DNA of 64,000 bases from assembly GCA_047967505.1 (NCBI GenBank), contig CM106538.1. One strand, 5' to 3'. Origin of the DNA: Dipteris shenzhenensis. Its lineage: Eukaryota. This document shows, one piece after another, positions 50,974-64,000 of this stretch. A model generated the notes under the pieces. That model worked only from the letters and a program-made list of their open reading frames with translations. It was not told where the DNA came from and ran no database searches. The position numbers and the translations under genes were made by a program. Numbering within the stretch: position 1 is the first letter of the stretch; every line of letters starts with the position of its first letter.

Positions 50974-53900
50974 GAGGAGGAAAGGCCAAAGAGGGGAGGA
51001 GAGGAGAGGGGAGATGGGAGAGGTAACCAACAAGGGGGAGTGGCGAGTAGAACAAGGGGGAGGGTCAAGGGATTAATAGTAGATAGGGGATTGAGATAGG
51101 GGGAGGATGGTGTGAGGAGGTAGACCGAGAGGGTCAAGGGATTAATAAATAGGGGGAGGGTTTAATTTAGCTACTAGCTTAGGTTAATTTTCCATTTTTT
51201 TCCAAGGTCTTTTAAAATAATGTTAATTTTTCAATTTGTGGGGTGGAGTGGAAACTAATTAATAGGGTATTTAGTTAAAAATGAGTAGGGGCACATATTC
51301 TGTAATTCCTTTTATGTCTAGTGCATATTTTGGTAATGACCTTGTATTTAAAGATTGAAAATTATGTTACATATTCTTTTTCCTTTTTTGGGTTCATTTA
51401 GAGTTTGCCATCTTGACATAGTATTCAATCTTTTCATCTCATTTTGGACATCTTTATATATTAGAGTGATAATTTTGTAGTGGCTCAAGTAAATATAGAT
51501 TGATAGTCCTTTAACACGTGAAATAGCTATGTATGCAAGTCTATGTGTATGTATACCTTTGGTGAGAGAGAGAGTTTTTCCATAGTGAGCCTCGTGCTCT
51601 ATATCCTAATTCTTACAGTAGATGGCTATATTGGAAATTGTTCACGTATTTGAATGCTAGATTTTCATGGGTCTTATTTGCACTCTGAGCTATGAATTTT
51701 TGTTCCAGTTAATGATCTATTACTCTTAGAACATATTTCTTTTCTTTTGTGTTTTATAAGATAGTCTCATTGTGTTTGTTCATTTTTGGGTTTCTGTAGA
51801 AGAGGTGAAGGATCGTATGTTCTTGTGGTGGTTGATGTAAATAGTTATTGTTAATGTAATCTATTTTTTCTCGTGTATGACTACACTTTCTAAATGAGTT
51901 TAAAGCTTTAATGAAGTCATTGTTATTTTGTTTTCTTTTAGTTTATAACATTTTGCTTTGGTTTCCTAGTACATGTTGGCCATGTAGTCCAAGGTGTCCT
52001 CAATGGATTTAAACAACCATGTATCTTTTATACGCTTTGCCTGGTAGAAGTCCACACAAGTAATGACATCTTGCAATAATTTCTTTTCAAGGAATGTAGA
52101 TATAAGTCTGCAAAGTTTAAAGTTCTTCTTCCAAGCAAGGATATAGTTGCATTTCTTGATATGGGGAGGTCAAACTATCAAGTTTCTCTCTTGATAAGGA
52201 TGTGAGGCTTTTTCTATGTATTGGCAAGTGTAATACAAAATGCATGACAGTACTATTTTTGCTAATATGCTACCTTTTCTGTGTATAAAAGACATAATTT
52301 CATCCCCAAGGCAGTCACTCATGTTTTAAACATGTAACTTAGTAGGTTGGTTCATGGAAGGGGAATTTTAAGTTCGGGGCATGTACTGGCCTTTTACGGC
52401 AGACAAGAGGGGGACAAAAAAATACTTATCTAATATAACTATGTTATGTACATGTAATGAAGGGACTTTTAGATTCAAAATTAGGACATATATATGTACA
52501 AAAGAGGGGTACACAATTAAGCAAGAAAATTTAACATCTTAAATATAAGGGTATTTTAATTGTATGCTTGCTTGCACGTGTTTTATGGTTTTTTTACATA
52601 TAGTGATTGCCCCCTTTCTTGTTGTTGAAATTGTGTATAGGAGTACCTTTAGCCTATAAAATTCCATGTTCATCTTGGCTCCCTCTACTTTGAAATTTGG
52701 TCACAAAAAAATCATCAATGTTTTCTACTATGGATTAATATTTTTGAATTAAAGACAACATATGTTGGAGTTAGTGATTGTAGTATCGTGCACACAAAGG
52801 GATCTTCTCTAATTAGTTGTGTTACTAGTTTATATTGTTCACTAGTGATAAAGACCCACAATCCTTTCAAGTATGGAAGGATGAGCAAAGGAGAAAAACA
52901 ACTAGCTGAGAGAGTTACCGAAAAGTATAAGATCCATTCCAAATTCATATGTGAACACAAAACTTTCATATAGAAGGTTTTCATGATGTGGGTATTTACT
53001 AAGCCAATCTCAAACAAATCCTATCCACTAATCAATCACACCAACTCCAAGAACAAGGTTGGACAGACATGCACATGCACCAAACCCATCATCCTCACAC
53101 CACTCCATACCTCTAAAGCTTTTCAGGCATTACAAAGCCTTAAGGAGCCTCTTTGTTACAATTTATTCATGTGATGGTGTTGAACCCACATCACTTCCTC
53201 CCTTCCTAATAATGCCTCATACTTGAGTGTATTTAAACCTTACCCGAAGGAAAAAGATAAGCATATCCATGGAACTCCACAAATAGATTGTATGTTGGAT
53301 GATTGTTGAAGAAGATTGTGTTCATATCGAGGAAATCAACATGAATCTCCTTGAGAAATGTCATAGAAGATAAACAGTTTCCACAATCTCATAGAAGATT
53401 GTGTGCTAAGAGATATGAGAAGATTGTGTGCTAAGAGAGACCATGGTAGTGAAACCCATATAAAAATCATCAAAAAGTTTTGCATAACTTCTTGGTACAT
53501 CATCTTTGAAGACAAGCTAATGACATTCTTGCCATAACATTTCTTTCTATTGCTACAAGGTATTGAGTTGATGTGTAAATGTACCTTTCATGGACTTCAT
53601 GGAAGTGTGATACTTGCCATTAGGCATGTTGGATTTCTTTACATCGACCTCATGCTTAGCTTCCTTTTTTTGCAAATGTCAAGGCATAGATATGTTGTAA
53701 ATTTTCCAATAACAAAGTGTTGACTTCATTTGATTGAGCATACATGAAGTCAAGAATGCTTGAGTCCATAATGGATCACTCGATCTTGTCGCAATCACCA
53801 ATGTATGATTATAGTGACATAACCAATGAATTAAGTGGCCAATTCTGTGTAGATATATCCATGTGCCTTACAATTGTAGAGGGTCACAAAATTATAGACA

Positions 53901-55094
53901 GAAGAAGTTGCCAATAATGAGTTGCATATGTAATAATGAGTTGCAAACAAATATGTGAAGTTGAGAATTGTCAAAGAAGTTCCTTGCAAAATCATGGAGG
54001 GCACTCAACAGATGTGCCCAATAAAATGCCAACTTAATCACAATGCTTCCTCAAAGGATCTCTGATTTGAATAAATCTAGAAACCACAAACTAAAATGCC
54101 AATAATAAGAAATTTAGTCACCAACAATGATGATGGATAATGATGAAGAAATGTAGAGTGACTAGTCATAGCAAGAACATAAATCTTTAGCGCAGTAGAA
54201 AATAGTCTACAAGTAAAACATCTCTACTGTCACCATGACACAGGTTCTAGAAGCAAGAAGAAAACTTGGATAGAACTAGCATAACCATAGTGACTTATAC
54301 CAAAACAATATCCTATGAGCCGTTATAAGAATTGTTGACAAGTCATATGCAACAGATCTACCATGATCACAAGGACAAAAAAGTTTCAAATGTCAACTAA
54401 GAGCCTAATGCAATCAATGAATCATGGAAGTTATGGAAAAGTGGGTGCTCTACAAGTGATTAATATTGAGATTAGTAGATCTAGTCCATGTGCATATCTA
54501 GGTATAAGTCTTGTGGAACAAATAAACTATTCAGCCAAGATCTGTACCCTTGCCAATAAGAAATTGGGTGGCCAAAGACTTTTTCAAATATGTTGATGCT
54601 ACTAGCAAATGAAATCATGCTACAACATCCAATAAAAGCTTTGTATAAATGGAGATGTTGCAATTGAAGCAAGCCAATATTGTAGATAGAAATCATGTGC
54701 ATTCAGTAAATAAAATCTACATGTCGAATGAGAGACCATATAGCCATAAGAAGATTCAATTTCCAGTCTTCAAACAGTCAAATGCATTGGCAGAGAACTC
54801 TAAGCCCCTCAAAGACTACTCCGCTACAAAGCACTCATATATTTGTATAAATAGGAGATGGATTCAAAGTACCCCAAACCAAGGTTGCGATCAAGGAGGT
54901 GGTGCCCAAGGAGGAGGAGGACCAGGACCAAGATGACCAAGTGCCATCTTTGAAGGCACCTCCAGTAGAGAAGAAGCTCCCTCAAAGGTATTTGAAGACT
55001 TTAGAAGACTCATGGGTCACTCAGAGCAGTTCTAGAGTGCAACAATCTCAACCCAATGTGAAACTCCCTCCATGAACTATGCAATGGTGGCTCA

Positions 55095-55390
55095 GCTAGA
55101 GGAGTCCCGATCCTTTGAGGAAGCAAAGAATATCTTAAAGATTCTCTGTAGGTAGAAACGGATGCCATCGAAAAGAAGAACATCTGAGATTTGGTGGACC
55201 AACTGCCCAAGCGAAAGGTCAAACGGGTGTATAAACTAAAGTTCAAGTCTGATGGGATCTTGGAGAAACACAAAGTGTGATTGGTTGTGAAAGGTTTCCC
55301 ACAATCAGAGGGACTTGATTTTGATGAGACCTTTGCCCCCACATCTAGGATGGTGACGATACTGTTATTTCTTTGGTTGCCCATATAGTT
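55095..55390 (+). mobile_element. Ty1/copia RT N-terminal fragment
   Basis: ETDAIEKKNI*DLVD...VYKLKFKSDGILEKHKV*LVVKGFPQSEGLDFDETFAPTSRMVTI. Confidence 0.85.
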
Positions 55391-55968
55391 TTGAATCACT
55401 AAACTCGAGGGTAGCATTGGATTTCTTAATTGTTGTAATGTACTTTAGAACGTGCTTGGAAGGTTCATCAAACATTGTCATTATTTATATTTACCCACAT
55501 TTTTATCAATTACTAGTGATCACTTTCATTTTTGGGTTTTTTTTGTGGGGTTTTTGTTGGCTCTATGGCAACTCATTTCTTTGCATATGCTCAAAAATAT
55601 CTTTTTGTGGTTGTTATATTCCAAGAGTCAAATGGCTTATGTCTTCTTTATTTCTTTTAATGTCATGTATATTCTATATAACCATATGTATGGACATTTC
55701 TGTTTCAATGTTTTTCTTATATTTTCTCGAATAGTTTCTTATAAAGAAGTTTGTTGATCATTTGTTTAGATTAAATTCCTTATGAAAAATACATGGATAG
55801 ATTGACATGCATGGATATTGTATAACTAATTCAATTGTCCTTGTTCTCTTTGTTGTGGACAAGCTTTCGGATTTTATATATTTGACGTTTATGTTGTTAG
55901 CATGATATATTTATCTTTTAAAAAAGAAGCTGTCTACTAACATTGGGCGAGAAGATAAAGGTGTTGTC

Positions 55969-56113
55969 TTCTAACAAGCATAAATAGTCTTCAACACATT
56001 TTATTTTTGGATACACTATATAGATAAGATTATTCGTCATTTCTAACAAGCATAAATAGCCTTCAACACATTTTATTTTTGGATACATTGTATAGATAAG
56101 ATTTTTCGTCATT
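55969..56113. repeat. 72-bp tandem duplication
   Basis: TTCTAACAAGCATAAATAG(T/C)CTTCAACACATTTTATTTTTGGATACA...TTCGTCATT starts at 55969 and again at 56041. Confidence 0.95.
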
Positions 56114-56923
56114 GAATCATGAATTTTGTTACAATACACTATTTTCATGAATGACATATTTAATCCTACCAACAATTGCATGCACTTTTTGTTATGTATG
56201 ATAAACATGCAAAAACACATTTGTTGTTGGGAAATTTCTCATGAAAAATGTGGTCTATATTAAAATGTATTTTTTACCTTTGCAATTCCATTGTTTATTT
56301 TTTAAACAATAATGAACCAAAATGTCTTTGAAAATGCAAAAAAATAGTAAAAGATTTTTCTTACGATTAAAAAAATATATTTAAGCTTTACCTTAGTAGA
56401 CGTTCTATTAATCCAATCATGAAATGCATGACGACACAATGAAGTAAACTTTGTATACAACAATGCAACAATTTTCTAAGTGGCATGTACCCAGATAGAA
56501 TGCCAAAAAATGTTTGCCAAGAATCTGCCTTTGACTCTTTGACTAAATACCTCAGACTTCAACAAATGGGTATGAGTTTCCAAGAGGTCAATGAATGGTG
56601 TTGCAAACCAAAGCTCTCTTAAAGTCAATTCAACAGATGCTCCATCAATTGAAATAAAACACTGCTTTTGATTTTGGAATTTTTAACGAGAGAACATCTC
56701 GTGACAAACTCGTCCTTGTTGTGAAATTTTATTTTATTTGCATGCAGCACGAATAGATTCAGGTAATATTGACAATTGACAATATATCTAAAATCTGCAA
56801 GAAATTTCAAGGCGTCTTCACACGTCATTATTTTCCCTCTTCTTTTTCAAGAGGAACTGGTTTGCTCAAGTGCCTTCTTTTTGCATTATCAATTCCAGCT
56901 TATACACAATGATAGTTGCACCT

Positions 56924-58908
<1,985 letters not shown>

Positions 58909-59431
58909 CTGATATTTTGAATTGAAATGCCAGAACAATTAGCTCAATTCTTAGTAGAGCGACATCAATTCTTAGCAGAGTGGGGAGGAAGATCAGTAAA
59001 GTTGAAGGCAGTATATCTGATGCTTTGTATGAGAAATGTAGTTATGCAAATACATATGTGTAGATTGAAACAAATATTTTAGATTACTGGAGCAATAATT
59101 CAAACAAGCTTGTGGCTCGAATAGACATTACCAAGGTTAAGAAACTTTGAAGTTCCTTTATTGCAAATAAAGACGTGGACGAGAGATTATTATATGTCTT
59201 TAAATCACTCATTAGAGACTTCAATATCAACTCATGTTGTATACTCATGAAATCAAGTGCACGGTTAGGCTCAAGCCTTCATGAGTAATGGATGGAGCAC
59301 TTGCATTTTTCTTTGGTGCTGGATATTTTATTGGCATTAGGGTGCTACATGAGAGTTGGATTCCATCCTCTATAATCTAGAATATGGTTTGTGTACAAAT
59401 TCTAGCGAGCCATGATTAGTGTGATCCCAAG

Positions 59432-62400
59432 TTTTTCCTTTAGAGAAAAAAACATTCTATTAATAAACTCATTAGTGACACAAACACCAAGGAAGATACA
59501 ACTCCCCAATATAAAATTAATACAAGGATATCCACCTAGCTGGTCGCTCATGGGGGACTCCTTGTACAAAGGGCTGGAGAAAAATCCAGTCCGGTGGTTT
59601 AATAATGCCATATTGTACCACCATCTGTGAAATGAAGGAAAGGGCCTGGCTCCATATAATGATAAAAGCCTTCTCTCCTGTGCCTAGCAAAATCCGAGTC
59701 TCCCTGGAGTCTATCCCATTTGCCTCTGAGAGTATGGATGTATCTAGCCTAATGCTGGTCAGTCTCTCGAATGCAAAAATCGAGTCTAATTAACATTCTT
59801 AAAAGAACAATATCGGTTATATTTGGAGCTCATCCAATCACGACGAATTGTCTTTGCATGAATTGGCCTTTTGCTTAAATGGAATGTATTTTTCACTAAT
59901 CATCCAAGAAATCATCAATATCTAGATCATCATGAACCCTATTTTATTCTCAACCATTTGATGATTTTCTTGTGCTTTCAAGATTCCATTTTGTGGTACT
60001 TTGACCTTCTTTTATTTGAAACTCAGATATAACTTTACAGTACATAACTTGGACATGACTTGGAAATGACTTGACAGTGCATGACTTGACAATATATGAC
60101 TTGGACATGACTTGGCAATACATGACTTGTACAAAACCTCGACATGACTTGGATATGATGGGAGTAGTACATGACTGAGGAGTACCAAACCTCAACCTCG
60201 ACCGACCAAAGTTGATTAGAGAGTGAAGTATTGGCGCACTGGACTGTAGCAATTAAGAGAGTGCACAGGTGCACATTCGGTACACTTGTTGGTGCACATG
60301 GGAAGCAATCCAAACAGTTAAGAGGTATAGGTGGTGCACCAACCCTCGCAACCAACTAGTGTCAAGAGCCAACCAACTAGAGTCAAGAGCGCATGAAATA
60401 GAGGAGTACACATGGAGCTCTAGCTTCACTGACTTAGAACAGGCTAGAGAGTTGCAGAAGCCAACAATTTCCCACGGCCACAAAGAGATATGCCAATCCT
60501 TAGCATGCAAAGCAGAAGTTTGGACATTTGAAAGTTCACTTGCAAACCAACAGCTATTTCATACAAGGGAAAAGCCTTCATGAGTTGCGAAAGATCAGTT
60601 TGTGTGTTCATGGAAGTGAAGAATGACTCATCAACATAAGCTTGCGCAATCATGGTCTTTCTTCTGTATATCTGTAGACCATGAAAGACATCCGTGGCCA
60701 CAAGATGATCAATATAACAAAGCATCGGACGAGTAGCTATTGCATAAAGCAAAGCGCTAAGATGGCATCCCTGTCTCACTAAACGATATACAGTCCACTG
60801 ATTAGAAATATCTCCTAATAAAATGCATGTAGCTTTGCTATCACTAAAGAGCCAATAGTAGATAACATGTTGCAGGAGCAAGAGTGCATCCTACTGGGTA
60901 CACTTTGCATATTCTATCCCAACATAGGCATTTGCAATATTATCAGTGATGTGTCTACGAGGAATAAAGCCATATTGGGTAGGATGTAGAAGAAAACTTT
61001 TATTCTATCGACCACCATTTAGCAATCATCTTATAAATGATTGGCATGAGTTTCACAAAGATGTTTCTTGAGAATCAGCTTAACCAGCCCTTTCTTCAAA
61101 GCATTTGGCATTTGCTGATTTTACAAGGCACTATTAATTATTTGCAATAAAACATGCTTAAGGGCATCGCAATAAGCCAAAAAGAACTCCACTGTAAGAC
61201 CATCCCAACCTGGGGACTTCCATTTACCACAAGACTCCAAAGCATCAAGAAGTTCCCTTTCTATAAAAGCTATCTCAAGCTGTAGAGCCTGATCAGGAGC
61301 AATAATGGGAGAAACATGCTGTAGTAACTTCGGTCTTGCCAACAAGACCTCTTGTGAAGAGGAATCCAGATTTCCAAACCGTCGGGCAAAATGATAAACA
61401 CATGCTAGGGCAAGTGTGCCCGTGAAGAAGTCCAAAGCCCATCAGATGTCAAAACCAACAAATATTATGAGCCTGCTTTTTATTCTGTCAACTTTTGACT
61501 TTAGCATCTACAACCGCTTTTCTCAAGTCATGCAAATAATGCTTCCCATAATCACAAGTAACAGATTGCATGCGAGAAGCGAATTCCAAGCATAATCAAG
61601 ATCAATTTGGCACTTTTCTCGAACCATAACGGAGCATGATCAGAATAAGGGAAGGCTTAATGTACCCACATTTGACGAGTAAGAGCATCATACTCGTGTG
61701 CATTTATCATGTACCAACGGTCTAGCCTGGCCTGATATGCACAACGAGCATTATGCTGAAAGATATATCCTGAAAGCATGGGTTTTAACACTGTCCAAAG
61801 ACCTACAAGACCAAGCTGAGAGATCAAACATGACCAATGGTGACGTTCCAAAGCCAGCATGTGAGTATTACCTGAAGTATTTCCCCTTGAAGTGGTGCAT
61901 TATTAAAGTCCCCACAAAGAAAAGCATGCTGCCTCCAAGGATATTTCTACATATCCTCCCAAATTAAAGCTCTTTGATGAGAAGACTGAGGAGCATAAAC
62001 ATATGCAAATTTAAGTATTTCATCCTGGATCAGACACTGAATGATGATCCAGCTGCATCCTTTATCATTTAAATCCACAATTGGATGAAGAGAATGCTTG
62101 ACAAGAAAAGCAACACCTGAAAAAGAATTTTCTCCCGCATAGAAGATATCATAACCAGCATAAAGACCTGTCCTGCCTGCGTATATATGCTGATTGTGCT
62201 CTTGTAGAGCCACTATGCCAGGCTGCACGTCATTAACATATGCCCATACAAGCTTCCATTTCCGAGTGTCACACATACCATGTACATTGAAGGTCAAGCA
62301 CTTCATTTGTTCAAACATATTTACAGATGTCTTATACAGCTATATAGACCGCAGAAAGAAAATATATGAAGTTTGCATGTCCACCTCAGGGTTTGGGCCT

Positions 62401-63995
62401 CGTCCATGAGGTGTCACAACAGCCCGATGGGAGGATAGCAAACCAGCCACTTCTTCTTTTGGGAACAAAGTATGGCTGGCTGTTTACAGCAGCCCAAGTA
62501 ATCCCAATTCCTGAATTTTCTGTAGGAGTATGACCATTAAAAGAACCACTATTCCATGTTTGAGGAGGTAAAGGTCTCCTAGCCAAGACAATTTTCCTCG
62601 CAGTCTACCAATTTTTAGAGGGATTCTTTTCCTTAACTTTAGGCTGAGACATAGAAGGCACTGAGCCAAAGGCTTTCCCATTGTTCAAGACCCATTATTC
62701 AAGACTTGAGCCTTCCCCTTAACTGGTGCTGCATTTACAAGCTTATTGCCTTTATTTTTTATTCGAGAAGGCCCAAGGGCATCCTTATTCTATACTAGAG
62801 AAGGCATGGCATCCGGGGGCATTTTATACAAAACCAGAGAGACCCTGTGAAGCCCTATGCCCAAACTTCTTGCACTCAAAGCATGTTCCTGCAAAAAGAC
62901 CCCATTTCAGCCTATAATAGGCACTTCCCATGGCCACATTATTAATTGTGACTGAGTAAGATTCTAGAGTGGGCGTATCCGTGTCTCAAAGAATGTGAAA
63001 CCTGTTAGAAGTTCCATTTGGGCAAGGTGGACATACCACCTTTCCTAATGATGCTGCAATTTTTTGCAAAAGTGAAGCCAAGCATTGGGGAAAATCCACC
63101 ACCTCCAACCAAACCAGGCAACAATGCATGATCACCAGTTGGTAATCTTGAGTAGGCAACCAGGGCAAAAACATGCACCATTTGCTGCCCATAAAGGGGT
63201 GGAGAATGCTCTAAGAGCATTTGTTTATGCTGCTCATCCGCCATGATAACTTCAAAAAAACCCTTAGCTGCATAATGCACCTTATGAACAAAACAACTTC
63301 CCAAAGCCCTTGTCAACCAATTGCCCACATCTTCTGTAATAGGCATATGACCCGGGAAGAAGATGATGATAGCATGCTTGGCATATTCCCGTACTGGGTC
63401 TACAATTTCATCAACCTCCATCGTAATTCCAACAGAGGGAGGAGCATCTTTCCAATCCTCTCTTGTGTCTTCAAAACCCTCGTACATAACATCAAAAACC
63501 AACTGTGTCTCTTGAGAGTTGTAGGCAGGGTCATCCTGACCCAAAGCCTGCTTTTTCTTCTTGTTTTGAACCAAACTTTCTTTGTTGAAGGTCTTTTCCA
63601 ATTCATAACCCGCCACAGTAGGCAAAGCTGAAAGCGAAATTTGACCACAACAAAAGTCCACCACAAAGCTAAAGTAGATGGTGAGGGAGAACTGATTTTA
63701 TGGCTATGCACATTAGAAATCAACCAACATTAGACGATAGAAAATCAACGTAATTACTGGGAATAAAAGGGTTAAAAAAGGAGAAAACAACAAAACCCCT
63801 AAAAAATGAAATTGGACGCAGAGAGGAAACGGGAGATAAAGAATGCAACGCTAAAGAAAAGGAAGACCAAAACGAAATATAGACACGTGTGAACACCCAG
63901 CACTCAAAGGAAAAATCTAAAGACGGAAAATAGAGCTGAAGGTAGATGACTAGAATAAACAAGAAAAGGCAAAATGAAAACTCTGAAAACAACAT
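59432..63995 (-). mobile_element. Near full-length degenerate L1-type LINE inside the NADP-ME intron (ORF1, APE endonuclease, RT)
   Basis: ORF1 DUF4283-like (HYAAKGFFEV, 63005-63664). EN: CLTFNVHGM...IVALQEH...VYAP, ARLDRWY. RT: KSPGWDGLTVEFF, VRQGCHLSALLY, AYVDE, GLQVNFQMSK. The A-rich 3' end near 59432 is tentative. Confidence 0.9.
60035..60178. repeat. CATGACTTG(GA) 11-16-bp tandem array within a ~0.45-kb insert in the LINE
   Basis: About 10 ATGACTTG cores. The surrounding sequence (about 59975-60441) does not continue the RT frame. Confidence 0.8.
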
Positions 63996-64000
63996 GTGAG

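Overview
Repeat-rich eukaryotic nuclear DNA from a land plant. The gene and TE content looks fern-like, which is my inference, not a search result. Two host genes are supported: a complete 6-exon START/SRPBCC lipid-binding gene on + (23169-28385, 392 aa) and the last 7 exons of an NADP-malic enzyme gene on - (56924-58908), whose upstream intron holds a near full-length degenerate L1-type LINE. The rest is layered transposon debris. It includes a young full-length Ty1/copia element (13289-19192; 173/170-bp LTRs, GTAGC TSD, one frame broken only by three TAG codons) with an older inverted copy beside it, plus gypsy, copia and LINE remnants and two MITEs. There is also a decayed FCP1/NIF (HAD-like) gene with a pentapeptide-repeat N-terminus. 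The most unusual structure is a ~10-kb intron-containing Sola2-like DDD DNA transposon (about 34811-45033), split by a non-coding LTR element that is itself split and partly inverted. No prokaryotic features, RNA genes or CRISPR arrays were seen. All calls come from reading the sequence by eye; no searches were run.
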